The notes under the pieces are model-generated. The model was not told the DNA's origin and made no database searches. It worked only from the letters and a program-made list of their open reading frames with translations. A program made the position numbers and the translations under genes. From a virus (taxonomy: Duplodnaviria; Caudoviricetes), in the IMG/VR virus record IMGVR_UViG_2844496579_000002, positions 1 to 64,000 of that record: a stretch of 64,000 nucleotides of DNA. One strand, 5' to 3'. Shown here one piece after another: positions 46,741 to 56,647 of the stretch (position 1 is the first letter of the stretch; the number at the start of each line of letters is the position of its first letter).

Positions 46741-47707
46741 CTTTCTCTCCTTTCTCGCCCGTCTGTGTAGCTGTCAAGGATTGCTTGACGACTGACGGGG
46801 TGGGGGACAAGGCGGCGTCAACCGATACCGGGTCGAACAGGGCGTGCGCGGAGTCAAAGACAATCCAACTGCCTGATCTATCCTTGACCCGTCGCACGGC
46901 GCCGTACCCGTCGCTCAAAAAGCTGTAGCGCGGCAGCTTGCACAATTGATTGCGCACCGCTTCGAAAGCCGCATCGCGCATCGCCACATCCCCCGCACCC
47001 TTCGCGCAATCCCCGCCGTCCTTGTCAGCGTGGGGCGGGATGTCGATCACGTCGCCCGCTGCGAACCGGTTCACTTTCTCCGACCAGTCGCCGATGGCTT
47101 CAGCGGTGGCGAACATGGGCAGCAGCGCGCGCGCCTCGCGGAGCAAATACAGCGCTTCCGTTCGCACCGCCTCGCTGGCCTGGGGCGCGGGTTCGCCCAT
47201 GTTGGTCGGCCCGTTCGCCGCGTTCAGTTCCGCGACCAACCGCCGCGCCGTGTCACGTTCGATCCGCAGCAGGTTTTCTGCTTCCAGCGCCCGGCGCTTC
47301 CAGATCGCCATATCCTCGCGCGCTCCTTCGTATGCATTGGTGAAGTCCAGCTGGCTGGCCTGGGGCGCGGCAAGGTCATCACCACGCTCAAAGCCGTGCC
47401 GATGCTTGGAGCAAAAGCCACACGGGCAGGTAGCGCGGGGCAAGCCGCTTCCGATGTGCACCCCATCGCGGTACTGGCGTTCGACGTCTTCCGCAGTAAG
47501 CGCCTCCCCGGCTACAGGGGCGCTTGCCAAGTAACGGGCGCAATCGTCGTTATGGGTGAATTTGTCACGGGCCACAAGGGCGCTTGCCAGGGCGGAGAAA
47601 GCCGCCACCACTTGAGCGCGGGCGTGGGTGGATAGGTCTTGTCCGAAGCGTTCGCAACGGAACCCGTACACGTCCAGCAGTCTTTCAAATTCTGCTTTAC
47701 TCGTCAT
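46730..47707 (-). CDS. Modular phage protein
   Basis: Repeated LASAxVA and APQAS linkers; ADKDGGDCAKG; PSVVKQSLTATQTGEKG. Confidence 0.75.
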   Translation of the reverse strand: MTSKAEFERLLDVYGFRCERFGQDLSTHARAQVVAAFSALASALVARDKFTHNDDCARYLASAPVAGEALTAEDVERQYRDGVHIGSGLPRATCPCGFCSKHRHGFERGDDLAAPQASQLDFTNAYEGAREDMAIWKRRALEAENLLRIERDTARRLVAELNAANGPTNMGEPAPQASEAVRTEALYLLREARALLPMFATAEAIGDWSEKVNRFAAGDVIDIPPHADKDGGDCAKGAGDVAMRDAAFEAVRNQLCKLPRYSFLSDGYGAVRRVKDRSGSWIVFDSAHALFDPVSVDAALSPTPSVVKQSLTATQTGEKGEKDAQ

Positions 47708-48624
47708 TTCGATCCCCTTGCCAGGACGGCGCGGCCTAAGCTGTCACCAAGCGGGTGCGTTTCGGTGTAGACAACGGTGATGGTGCCGTCCGTGTGTGGT
47801 TGCATGATGCAGATGGTCGCGCCTTGATCCGTGGCGCTGACGCCGATGCGCAATTCGGCATCGAATAGCTCGGATGTAGGGGCGCGGTCCACGGGGTTGC
47901 GCCAAAGTTGCGCGGCGAGGAACGGATCCTTCGCCAGCCGTTCCACCGAAACGCCTTGAGCCTCTCCGGCTGCAGGGGCGCTATGCGGCCGGGGCTTCGA
48001 ACTGTTCGGGTACATGGCCCGGTCGAACTGCGCGGCGTGCCATACGGCTTGCCACACGTTGTAGGTCAACCCATCGGCGGCGAACGGACGCAAATCGCTG
48101 TCGTAGTAGGCCCGGCAACGTTGTTCGCTGTCGTATGGCTCGGCTACAGGGGCGCTTGCCAGGGCGTCAGGGGCCGCATCGATCAATGCCCGGTAGGCCA
48201 AGGTGGATCGCGCCGCGCTTTTTATGTTCGCGTTGAAGGCGTCGTACCACGCTTCCATCATTTTTGGCGTCGGCTTAATCGGCACCAACTTCCAATTTTC
48301 CGGCACGGCGCTAGGTGTATTCGCCAGGGCGGCGATTGCTGCGTCGATCCTTCTCAAATGGTACGAGTCACCCCGCCCGATTTCGATGCAGAGCTTCTTG
48401 TACTTGCCTAGGAGCGCGGCAGCATCTATCGCCCGCTCATCGCCCGCCGGCACGCCCTCCGCGCGCAGCTTGGACAGCAGGGCGGATTCGATGGCGCGGG
48501 CGAAGTCAATCTTGTCGGCGTCGGTTAGCGGATAGGCCGCGCAGGGGTCGCTGACATAGATATCCCAGCGGTGCAATATTTCTTCATCCGTCAGCCCAGG
48601 CTGGGCGGCGTTGTTCTCAGTCAT
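47704..48624 (-). CDS. Modular phage protein, paralog of 10530..11618
   Basis: Shared start and central ~200 aa; different flanking units. Confidence 0.75.
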   Translation of the reverse strand: MTENNAAQPGLTDEEILHRWDIYVSDPCAAYPLTDADKIDFARAIESALLSKLRAEGVPAGDERAIDAAALLGKYKKLCIEIGRGDSYHLRRIDAAIAALANTPSAVPENWKLVPIKPTPKMMEAWYDAFNANIKSAARSTLAYRALIDAAPDALASAPVAEPYDSEQRCRAYYDSDLRPFAADGLTYNVWQAVWHAAQFDRAMYPNSSKPRPHSAPAAGEAQGVSVERLAKDPFLAAQLWRNPVDRAPTSELFDAELRIGVSATDQGATICIMQPHTDGTITVVYTETHPLGDSLGRAVLARGSK

Positions 48625-48866
48625 GTCCTTTCCTTGGTGGTGGGCTGGGCGTCGTCAGGCGGGAAATCGCCGTAATCGTCCAGCGTGGTTTCGCCGCACG
48701 GGTCCAGCGCGCTTAGGTCATCAACCATCACTTCCTCTGAGTGGATGCCGTCAGAGTCGCCTTTGCGGGCGCGGGCGTCCGCTTCTTCCTGGCTAGCGGC
48801 GTCGATGTAAAAGACCTGGTGGCCACTCGCGGCGGTGACGCTTGCGGTGTAGAGATACCGTTTCAT
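48621..48866 (-). CDS. Phage hypothetical protein
   Basis: Ends in the AQPTTKE linker. Confidence 0.6.
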   Translation of the reverse strand: MKRYLYTASVTAASGHQVFYIDAASQEEADARARKGDSDGIHSEEVMVDDLSALDPCGETTLDDYGDFPPDDAQPTTKERT

Positions 48867-48912
48867 CACGCCTCTCCCTTCTGCTGGGCAATGGCGGCGG
48901 TGTTTGTGTAGG

Positions 48913-49557
48913 TCATGAGAAAAGATCCTTGTCGATGGGTTGCCCAGCGCTGCGGGCGATGGCCAGCAGCACGTCGCGGAACTCGGGCGGCGTGGCGTTA
49001 CGGATGCGAGTTTTGTCCTTGCCGCCCACCATGGCCATCATTCCGATGCGTCTGGCCTTCTCGTAGCCGTGCAGCTCAATGGCGCGAGGGTGGATGCGCT
49101 GCGGGGAGCGGCCCCACTTCAGCTCTGGTAGATCGGTTCCGCAGGCATAAAGCCATGTCCCTTTGCGTGCCAAGTGCCCGTAGTGGCCTTGCTCGACGTG
49201 GCAGGTCCAACCCCCCAGGGCGTCGGCGCGAACCCATCGGCCGGCTTTGGGCGGCTTGCGCAGGCCAAACCACGCCCAGGCGTGCGAATCGGCTGGGTGC
49301 TCGATTACGCCGCCGTAATTGCGCACCGCCGTGAGCGCCGCGGCGAAGCAACCGCCGTCTTCACCTAGCCTGAACTGGTGGGGCTTGTTCGGGGCCCCGT
49401 GCCAGTACCTACCCCAGCGCTGGCAGGGGGGATGCGCGACGACGGGGAGGGGGCCGGCGTAGGTTCGTGCATCCCGATGCTCGTCCCAGGGCTGCACGCC
49501 AGGCACGCCGAAATAGGTCCCGTCCGTCTCGACGAACAAGGCAGCTACCTCCATCAC
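48913..49557 (-). CDS. DNA cytosine-C5 methyltransferase-like protein (atypical)
   Basis: HPPCQ (motif IV), VIEHP (VI), Q..YGH..RK.TW (VIII); no canonical FxGxG. Confidence 0.5.
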   Translation of the reverse strand: MMEVAALFVETDGTYFGVPGVQPWDEHRDARTYAGPLPVVAHPPCQRWGRYWHGAPNKPHQFRLGEDGGCFAAALTAVRNYGGVIEHPADSHAWAWFGLRKPPKAGRWVRADALGGWTCHVEQGHYGHLARKGTWLYACGTDLPELKWGRSPQRIHPRAIELHGYEKARRIGMMAMVGGKDKTRIRNATPPEFRDVLLAIARSAGQPIDKDLFS

Positions 49558-50297
49558 CCATTCCTCTTCTTATGGGACTGGGCCGCCTCGATGGCCTCTC
49601 GAACCTGCATATCGAGCGCAGAATTGCCGCCGCTATCCTCATTCAGAAGCGACGGACATTCTCCCCAGACGAGGGCATGCAGGTCCTGCAATGCGACCAG
49701 AATCACGTCCTGCGCATCGCCAGCAGCGGGAGCCGGCCGGCACGACTTCACGTAGGCCGCAATGCCCGGAATGTCCTCGAACGCGATGTTGAAGCCGCGA
49801 CCCTCGCAGGCCTCGCATTCCTCCTTGAACTCCTGCACGTCGGTCTTGCGCTCGGCGACCTGGTGCTTGACGAACACATGGCCGGAGCCGTTGCACTCGT
49901 CGCACGCCAGTTCCCAGTCGCGATCCCCCGTCGCTCCGGTGGGTATAGGGTGCGAGGTAGGGGCGGCGCTCTCTTCGTCAGGAAGATCAGATTGCGGCTT
50001 CCAGTGTGTCGGCTGAACTTCAACCTCGCGAAGCTCGTAGCGCTTTTCCTGGCCCAAGCAGTAGAACAAGCCAGCCGCATACCATTTCTCGTTGTGGCGG
50101 AATCCAGTGCCTACAGACTGATCGCCTTCCGGTCCCCAGCACAGTTCGCAGAAGAGCGGGCGCCCTTCGTTTTCGGGCGCGCTGGCGATAGGCTTCCATT
50201 CTGTGTTCATGCTCTCAGGCACCTTTGCCACCTCCACCGGCTCAAGCGGCCCGGGAGCATCCTGGGAAAGGCCATGGGTGATTTCGTATTCGGTCAT
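49554..50297 (-). CDS. Modular phage protein with DUF551-like and CxxCxGxG zinc-finger units
   Basis: EWKPIASAP...PTHW; CDECNGSG/CEACEGRG. Confidence 0.7.
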   Translation of the reverse strand: MTEYEITHGLSQDAPGPLEPVEVAKVPESMNTEWKPIASAPENEGRPLFCELCWGPEGDQSVGTGFRHNEKWYAAGLFYCLGQEKRYELREVEVQPTHWKPQSDLPDEESAAPTSHPIPTGATGDRDWELACDECNGSGHVFVKHQVAERKTDVQEFKEECEACEGRGFNIAFEDIPGIAAYVKSCRPAPAAGDAQDVILVALQDLHALVWGECPSLLNEDSGGNSALDMQVREAIEAAQSHKKRNG

Positions 50298-50298
50298 T

Positions 50299-50730
50299 TC
50301 AGGCTCCTTTGGTCTGCCCCGCCCGGACCAGGGCGACAGCGATGTGTTCGTTGATGAAGAGCCGCGCGACGTCTATGCGCGGCAGGATGTCGTCTATGGC
50401 ACTGACGGCGACCGTCAGCGATGCAATTTCGTGGTCACGCAACGCAAGCCCGGCCTCACACTTGGCGCCGATCTGGTTCATGGTTCGCGCCGCGCCGTTG
50501 ATCAACAGGTACTGCTGGAGGAATGCCGGATCGTTCTGCACGGTCAGGCCGATCATGTTCACGATGTTGGCCAGGGCGTCGAAGGCTTCGGCGCTGGGCG
50601 CCAGGCGCAGCGCAGCGAAAGCGCCGTGCATGTGCGTGGCGATGCGGTCCCGCATAGCACCCGTCATCGGCAGGCGAGCTATGCTGGGCACGTAGCGCTT
50701 GTTGCGGCGGGGCTTGCGGGCGTGGGTCAT
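50299..50730 (-). CDS. Phage hypothetical protein
   Basis: Basic N-terminus; coupled. Confidence 0.6.
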   Translation of the reverse strand: MTHARKPRRNKRYVPSIARLPMTGAMRDRIATHMHGAFAALRLAPSAEAFDALANIVNMIGLTVQNDPAFLQQYLLINGAARTMNQIGAKCEAGLALRDHEIASLTVAVSAIDDILPRIDVARLFINEHIAVALVRAGQTKGA

Positions 50731-51086
50731 TGCGCACCCAGCTTGGTCATGGCGGCCTTGACGGACCCCAGGCTACGGCGCAGCGCCTTCCGCTTTTGGA
50801 TGGCCAGGTGTGCGCCGTAGCAGTGCGGGCATTCCTCGCGCTGCGCTTCGCCGATATCGAGGTAATCAAGCTGTTCCTCGCCCCAGTGGTCCACGATCGT
50901 TTCCGGCGTGTACCAGCCATCCAGGTGATTGGTGGCAGGGTCGTTCACGCCCTGTGACTTCATGCGCGGCGGGTTCGGGCCAGGGCAGGCGCTCAACGTC
51001 TCCGCGATTTCCTTCTTGCAATCCCTGATCGCGCGCGTCAGGGCGGAATAGTCGCTCACCAGCTTGAGCGCGGTTTCGGGTTTCAT
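50727..51086 (-). CDS. Phage hypothetical protein
   Basis: CPHC motif; coupled. Confidence 0.55.
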   Translation of the reverse strand: MKPETALKLVSDYSALTRAIRDCKKEIAETLSACPGPNPPRMKSQGVNDPATNHLDGWYTPETIVDHWGEEQLDYLDIGEAQREECPHCYGAHLAIQKRKALRRSLGSVKAAMTKLGAQ

Positions 51087-51168
51087 GTCGTTCTCTGTGT
51101 AGGTGGCCGGCACCGGCAGCGGTTGGGGGTGGCTTGAGGTAGCCCCGCCGCCGCGCCGGCCGAAGGGT

Positions 51169-51684
51169 TTATTCCAGGGTCAGACCCAAGGTGGCCTGCT
51201 TCTCGATGGCGGGCGTGATGCTGATGTCGATTTCGCCGCCCATGACTTCGTACAGGCGCTTCATCTGCTCGCCGCTGGGCGTGGCCTTGATTCGGAAGGT
51301 CAGGATCACGCTGCCACCTTCCATTAATTCCGCTGAAAACCCATCGACGTCTACCGTCTCCAGCTCAATGTCCGAGCCAGTGCCGCCCAGGCCGAAGCCG
51401 ATCACGACACTGGCGCCCACCAGCTTGACTCCCAGGCGCAGGCGTTCGATCAGATCGCCGAAGCGGCGCACGGTCGGGACGTTCTCGCCGTCGATTTGGC
51501 CCTGGTGTTCGTCGGCCTTGTAGAGCATGGCGCGCAGCGTCGGGTGGATCATCGACAGGATTTCACTGCCTGCCTGCACCTGGACCTTGAGGTCGCAGGC
51601 CGGCACGTTTTCCTCCCCGTGCTTCTCGGGGCGCGGGTTCAGGTGGATCAGCTTGGCGCGGGTCTTTTCGAGTTCGAATGCCAT
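51169..51684 (-). CDS. Phage hypothetical protein
   Basis: GGAG SD; strong codon bias. Confidence 0.65.
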   Translation of the reverse strand: MAFELEKTRAKLIHLNPRPEKHGEENVPACDLKVQVQAGSEILSMIHPTLRAMLYKADEHQGQIDGENVPTVRRFGDLIERLRLGVKLVGASVVIGFGLGGTGSDIELETVDVDGFSAELMEGGSVILTFRIKATPSGEQMKRLYEVMGGEIDISITPAIEKQATLGLTLE

Positions 51685-51717
51685 GTCGGCTCCGTAGGTT
51701 GTGCTGCTGGGGAAGGG

Positions 51718-52485
51718 TTAGGCGGCCTTTCGGCGCAGGTGCTGTTCGTAGCCGTCGACGAGGCCCTTGAACTCCATCAGGTCGTCCACGAGCTTTTCGA
51801 TGTAGTCGTCGTCGCGCTTGAATTCCTGCCACCAAAGCTGACGGCCAACGGGCGCCAGCGCGGGGCAGTACAGGCCGATGTGCCACCACTTGCGGCCGGT
51901 GATCCACATGCAGCCCTGCACCTGGTCCATGACCTCGCTGGGGTCGTTGTCGATGTGGAAGGCGCGCAGCTTGGCCGGATCGAGGAAGCACTTGTATTCG
52001 CTGCCGCCGTCTTCTTCGATGAGGCCGTCAGCGCTGGCGCCGAAGATGCGGTCATCGGTCAGCACGAAACCAGCGCGCTCCACAAACAGGCCTGTTTGAG
52101 CTTCGTGCTCCATCCGGGCTTCGGGCTCCAGTTCGTTGCCGCGGCGCATGGCCCAGTTCTGAAAGCCTTCGTCCAGCGCCTGGCCGGAAATCCGCTCAAC
52201 CGCCAGACGGAAGGCGTAGTTCTTGGCCTCGTCGGAAAAGTCGCCCACCGGCTTGCCGGCCAGTGCCAGGGCGATGGCTTCTGCGCGCGGCGCGGTCTTG
52301 TACCCCGCCTTGGCCATCGCTTCCCTTTCGTCCATGCCGGCCTTGCGGTAGGCCACATACAGGCTCTGCCGCTCGTCCAGCACGTTGACCTTCTTGCGGG
52401 CCGTGGAAAACATGCTGGCGGTGATAGCGCCGGCCCGAGCGGCGTGCCAGTCGTCGCTGCCCTGTTCGCAATTAACGATCAGCAT
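51718..52485 (-). CDS. YqaJ/lambda-type exonuclease
   Basis: QGSDDW..ARAG.ITAS; RGNELEP; GASADG; EYKC. Confidence 0.9.
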   Translation of the reverse strand: MLIVNCEQGSDDWHAARAGAITASMFSTARKKVNVLDERQSLYVAYRKAGMDEREAMAKAGYKTAPRAEAIALALAGKPVGDFSDEAKNYAFRLAVERISGQALDEGFQNWAMRRGNELEPEARMEHEAQTGLFVERAGFVLTDDRIFGASADGLIEEDGGSEYKCFLDPAKLRAFHIDNDPSEVMDQVQGCMWITGRKWWHIGLYCPALAPVGRQLWWQEFKRDDDYIEKLVDDLMEFKGLVDGYEQHLRRKAA

Positions 52486-53476
52486 CTGCGGCTCCTTGGT
52501 CATCACGGCCGAAGCCGTCGTCAGCGTCAGACGTGCGGTGCGGCTGCTCGTCGATGGTGTTGCCGTCGTCCGGCGGGGTTTCGGTGGGCACCGCTTCGCC
52601 GCGCAGCACAGAACCGCGCGCCGCCACGGCAGTCTTGAAGGCGTTGTAGGTGTTCATGTCCTTGGTGGCGCGAACCTCGCCCAGGCCGTCTTTCCAGACC
52701 TTGGCAAGTTCGTCGGCATCTCGCGCGGCTTCGACCTTCTTGCGCAGGCGCGGCAGCAGGTCGGGGTCAACGGTGGGGGTATTGCTGTCGCTGAAGTTGA
52801 TCCCCTCTCCGCCGTCGGTGTTCAGGTGGTGGATGGCTTGGTCCAGGCGCTCAGTCTTGGGCCAATATTTGTAGGCCTGCTTCACAACCGTCTTCTTCAC
52901 CATTTCGCCTTCATCGGTCTTCCACGGACCCTTATTTCCAGCCTTCCAGGCCTCGGAGCGGTCGCGTATGGCGTACACGTCGGCGATGCTCATGGTGTGC
53001 GTCAGGTAGTCGCCGTCGGCAGTCTTGACCACCACATAAACGCCGATGAGCGCGCCGCGCTGCGTCGAAAACGGATTGAATGTGTGCGTCGGCGGTGCGT
53101 CGTACCCGTTCAGGGCAAAGCCGTCGTTCTCGTGTACCAGCGCGGCCTGTGCCCACTTGATGGACCCAGTGGATACAGCGAGGTCGATCAGGCCCATGTA
53201 GCTGATTTCGAGGTAGATCTTGTTCTTGCGCGGCACCAGGTAGGCCTGCTTCTTTGCAGGGTTCAGGCTGATGCCAATGGCCGCCACGTTGTTCACGGCG
53301 TTGACCACCGCCTGGCGGTCGTTCATTGCCGCCTTCAGCGTGTATTCGTTGTTCTGCAAGACCTGGATGGCGAACCCGGCTTCCTTTTCGAAGCTGATGT
53401 TCTGGTCGGTCAGCACAGCCGCAAACGACTCGCGCGTGCTGTAGATGTCTTGGGTGATGACTGCGAGGTTGTTCAT
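52472..53476 (-). CDS. recT: RecT-family single-strand annealing recombinase
   Basis: GISLNP..QAYLVPR; ISYMGLI; EM.KKTV.K.AYKYWP. Confidence 0.9.
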   Translation of the reverse strand: MNNLAVITQDIYSTRESFAAVLTDQNISFEKEAGFAIQVLQNNEYTLKAAMNDRQAVVNAVNNVAAIGISLNPAKKQAYLVPRKNKIYLEISYMGLIDLAVSTGSIKWAQAALVHENDGFALNGYDAPPTHTFNPFSTQRGALIGVYVVVKTADGDYLTHTMSIADVYAIRDRSEAWKAGNKGPWKTDEGEMVKKTVVKQAYKYWPKTERLDQAIHHLNTDGGEGINFSDSNTPTVDPDLLPRLRKKVEAARDADELAKVWKDGLGEVRATKDMNTYNAFKTAVAARGSVLRGEAVPTETPPDDGNTIDEQPHRTSDADDGFGRDDQGAADADR

Positions 53477-53925
53477 GCTTCCACCGTCGACGGCGCGGTC
53501 AGCTTCGAAACGATGACGTCGCCAATCAGGCCATCCAGGCGCCCGCGCAGGTCGTCGCCGTCGAGATCCGCGATGATCGACAGCACGCGCTCAGCCATGA
53601 CCGGCTTGGCCGCTTCAATGGCTTCTTGCAGGTAGGTCCAGCCCTTGCTGGCCTCGCGGTCCCAGGCGTCAGGGCGGCGAAATACGGTGTAGTCGGACAG
53701 CTTGTTGATGACCTCGACCGCCTTCGTGCGCACGACTTCGGCCATGTTGCCGTCGAAAGCCGCATCGACTTCCTTCTGGACCAGCTCATATGCGGCATTG
53801 CTCAGGATGCGCTCGAAGTCGGCGGCAGAGCGGCGCGCGCAAGCCGCGCGGAACTCGTCGCGGGCGATCTGGCGCTTTTCTTCGTCCGACAGGTAGTCGT
53901 CGATGTTGATGGTGATGTCGGTCAT
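53473..53925 (-). CDS. Phage hypothetical protein
   Basis: Coupled to recT. Confidence 0.6.
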   Translation of the reverse strand: MTDITINIDDYLSDEEKRQIARDEFRAACARRSAADFERILSNAAYELVQKEVDAAFDGNMAEVVRTKAVEVINKLSDYTVFRRPDAWDREASKGWTYLQEAIEAAKPVMAERVLSIIADLDGDDLRGRLDGLIGDVIVSKLTAPSTVEA

Positions 53926-54104
53926 GATTCAGTCCTTTGCGGCGTATGCGGTCTTGCTGCCGCCGTCCTGGGTGGTGAGGGTGGGGGATTGGGCTTGCTC
54001 GTCGCGCTGCTGGCGGTCGCCGTAGCCAAAGATCACGGCGGTCAGCACGGCGGCGACGATGAATGCGGACAAGCGGGCGTCTCGGTCGCGCAGGAGGCGG
54101 CGGA

Positions 54105-54401
54105 TCATTGGGCACCTCGCTCGTCGCGCAGCATGTCGGCGTGGTCGCATTCGGCGCGCTCTCGCTCGTACCGCAGTTGGAGCCAGCAGGCATCCACTAT
54201 GTCGGCGGCGTGGTAATCGCCATCGAATTCGTAGCTGTCGGTACCGATCACGATGACGATGTGTTCGACGGTGATGCTATGGGCCACACCGACCGATGGA
54301 TCAGCCTTGTGGTACTCGAACTCGATCGAGATCAAACCTTCCACCGTGCAGCCACCGGGGCCGGTGAACTCGGCTACTTGATTGAAACGGTGTCCGCTCA
54401 T
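54105..54401 (-). CDS. Phage hypothetical protein
   Basis: Coupled ORF. Confidence 0.55.
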   Translation of the reverse strand: MSGHRFNQVAEFTGPGGCTVEGLISIEFEYHKADPSVGVAHSITVEHIVIVIGTDSYEFDGDYHAADIVDACWLQLRYERERAECDHADMLRDERGAQ

Positions 54402-54967
54402 GCTTCACCTCGCGCGGCCAGCAGGCGGGCGCGGATTTTGTCCGCGTCTTCCTTGTCCGTGATGACGAACTGGTGCTTGGCGGCCTCGGCCTTCCAGTAC
54501 TGTTCAACCTTCAGGCCGGGCTGCACCATGCGGTCGTACGCGTAGTTGCCGGTGATCCGGGCGATTTCCGGGCGCTGGATGAAGATGTCCCACTTCGCCA
54601 CCAAGAACGGGCCTTTGCCGTTGGCAATCGCATCGCTGACCAGCGAGGGCTGCGGGGCGAGCGTCCATTCGGTGCGCGGCGACGGCTCAAACGTCTGCTT
54701 GCCGGCCTCTTCCCAGCCTTCCAGCACCGTGCCATCCGAATTGCCGTCGCGGACGATGAAGGCGAATTCACGATCGCCAAAAGTCAGGACGCCTTCGGCG
54801 CGCACATTGATGGCGTCGATGCGGTCCCGGCTCAGGATGCTGACGTGCTGCGGGTGGTAGTCGTCACCGCATTGCGCGGTTTCGCAGATCATTTGCATCA
54901 CGTCGTCGCGATCCTCGGCGGGAATGTCTCGTTCGAACGCCGCGTCTACGGTCAGAACTTCGCTCAT
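54398..54967 (-). CDS. Phage hypothetical protein
   Basis: Long ORF in the early-left operon. Confidence 0.6.
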   Translation of the reverse strand: MSEVLTVDAAFERDIPAEDRDDVMQMICETAQCGDDYHPQHVSILSRDRIDAINVRAEGVLTFGDREFAFIVRDGNSDGTVLEGWEEAGKQTFEPSPRTEWTLAPQPSLVSDAIANGKGPFLVAKWDIFIQRPEIARITGNYAYDRMVQPGLKVEQYWKAEAAKHQFVITDKEDADKIRARLLAARGEA

Positions 54968-55073
54968 GCTTCGCTCCACGGATCAAAGCGGACGTACAGG
55001 CGCGAGAAGAAGTCGCCCACACGGCCCAAGGGGTAAGCGGCGATCAGGCCGCACAGGATGAAGAGAGGCAGGC

Positions 55074-55430
55074 TCACCACGCCTCCCGCTGGAACGTCAC
55101 GCGCAGGCGCATTTCGGGGTCTTCGATACCCGAAGCCAGCGTTTCCACGTAGTGGGTGCTGGCCCCGCGCAGAAACTTGGCGAACAGTTCGCCGATCCGG
55201 CCGTGCGTCTCACCACTGGCAAAGGCCTGCACCGCATCCTTGTAGGCCGCGACCAATTCGATATTGCCGATGCTGTCCTGATAGATGGCGTTCGGAAGGT
55301 CTTCGGAACTTGGGCCGCTGGCGTACTGGAAGACCACATCCTTGCCATCGCGCAGCGCCAGGCGCATGTCCCATTCCAGATCCGAGCGCAGTTCCTGCTC
55401 GGGCGTCATCTTGCGTTGAGGGTTGGCCAT
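55074..55430 (-). CDS. Phage hypothetical protein
   Basis: MANPQRK start. Confidence 0.5.
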   Translation of the reverse strand: MANPQRKMTPEQELRSDLEWDMRLALRDGKDVVFQYASGPSSEDLPNAIYQDSIGNIELVAAYKDAVQAFASGETHGRIGELFAKFLRGASTHYVETLASGIEDPEMRLRVTFQREAW

Positions 55431-55434
55431 GGCA

Positions 55435-55701
55435 TCAGTTCCGCGCGTCGCCAGCAGCAACCTGGTGCGCAACCTGCGCCGCCAGATTCCCGTAGTGCGT
55501 GGCCGGATCGTCGGCAGTCTTGATCGTCGCGATGTCGACGACGGCCGTGCGGACCTCTTCCTGCCACAGGTACGAAGGCGTGTCTTCGTACTTGGCCAGC
55601 ACGCGGGCGTCAGCTTCCGATTCCGCGTGGACCGTGACGGTCTGCTCACTGATGCGGGTCTCGGTCCGGCGCATCACGACTTGGTAAGGCTTGCGGTTCA
55701 T
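55435..55701 (-). CDS. Phage hypothetical protein
   Basis: AGGAGA SD. Confidence 0.55.
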   Translation of the reverse strand: MNRKPYQVVMRRTETRISEQTVTVHAESEADARVLAKYEDTPSYLWQEEVRTAVVDIATIKTADDPATHYGNLAAQVAHQVAAGDARN

Positions 55702-55736
55702 GGTGGTCTCCTAGCCCCTACCGGGGCGGGTGGGGG

Positions 55737-55937
55737 TTAGGCGGGGAAGGCGGGGCGCAGGTCACGCGGGCGATACGCCTTGGACTGGCCGCAGTAGGCA
55801 CGGCGAGCGTAGAGCAGTGCGCCTTCGGCATTCCAGCCATCAGCGCGCAACGACAGATACACGTTTGCGCTGAAGGCGTGGCCGCGAGATTCCGCCAGAC
55901 GGTAGACGCGGCGGCAGAGTTTCAGGCTTGCGGACAT
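55737..55937 (-). CDS. First ORF of the pL transcript, basic 66 aa
   Basis: GGGAGA SD after the pL leader hairpin. Confidence 0.55.
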   Translation of the reverse strand: MSASLKLCRRVYRLAESRGHAFSANVYLSLRADGWNAEGALLYARRAYCGQSKAYRPRDLRPAFPA

Positions 55938-55985
55938 CTGGTTCTCCCTGGTTGCTCACGGGTTGTGAGTGCATGGGAGAAAGAT

Positions 55986-56022
55986 TACCCGTAGGTAATT
56001 ATTACTTCAATACCTATGGGTA
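55986..56022 (-). promoter_or_regulatory. OL of prophage 3
   Basis: TACCCGTAGGTA and TACCTATGGGTA palindromes. Confidence 0.78.
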
Positions 56023-56081
56023 ATCTTTTTTGTAACAGACGAAAAAAATCCGCCCGGAGGCGGAAGGGTGAGGCGAGTGTC

Positions 56082-56588
56082 CTATTTTTTTCTTATCGAC
56101 TCACGAATGGTTGTCTGAATCGAGTCCGCCACGCGCTTATCGGTGAACGTCTTTATGCACTTAAGTGCCGAGAACCGTTCTTGGGCGAATGTAGCCATCG
56201 CTTGGATCTGTTCAGGCCCGACTTTTTCGACCTGTTTTCCCTGCCGAGCTCTTAAGCTGGCAAGAAATTCCCCATGTCCAAACGCAATCAGGCTCCGCAC
56301 GTCGGCGGTCTGCATTCCAGCGTCTGTCATTACATCAATCTGCCCCAAAAGAAACGTATGCGCTTCTTCGTCATTTTGCGTCGCGCCGAGTGAGGATGCA
56401 TACAGGCAGGCGGGGTACTGAATAGGCAAAAGCAAATGCAGGCGCGTGTCGACCGGTAACCCTGAAAGTACCGGGGCGCGTGCTTTCGCTCGCTCAATGA
56501 TCGGTTGAAGGCTTTGCGAAACAGGCTGATCCGCGTGGGCAGTGCCCAGGACTGTTGCAGCCATCAAAAATGCAAGCAGATTTCTCAT
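56082..56588 (-). CDS. Secreted protein downstream of cI
   Basis: Signal peptide ending AHA; followed by a terminator at 56042-56064. Confidence 0.7.
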   Translation of the reverse strand: MRNLLAFLMAATVLGTAHADQPVSQSLQPIIERAKARAPVLSGLPVDTRLHLLLPIQYPACLYASSLGATQNDEEAHTFLLGQIDVMTDAGMQTADVRSLIAFGHGEFLASLRARQGKQVEKVGPEQIQAMATFAQERFSALKCIKTFTDKRVADSIQTTIRESIRKK

Positions 56589-56647
56589 TACGGAAAGATC
56601 ACCTAATAAATTTGCCACAGGACCATACAAGGGTAACTTGCCGCGGG

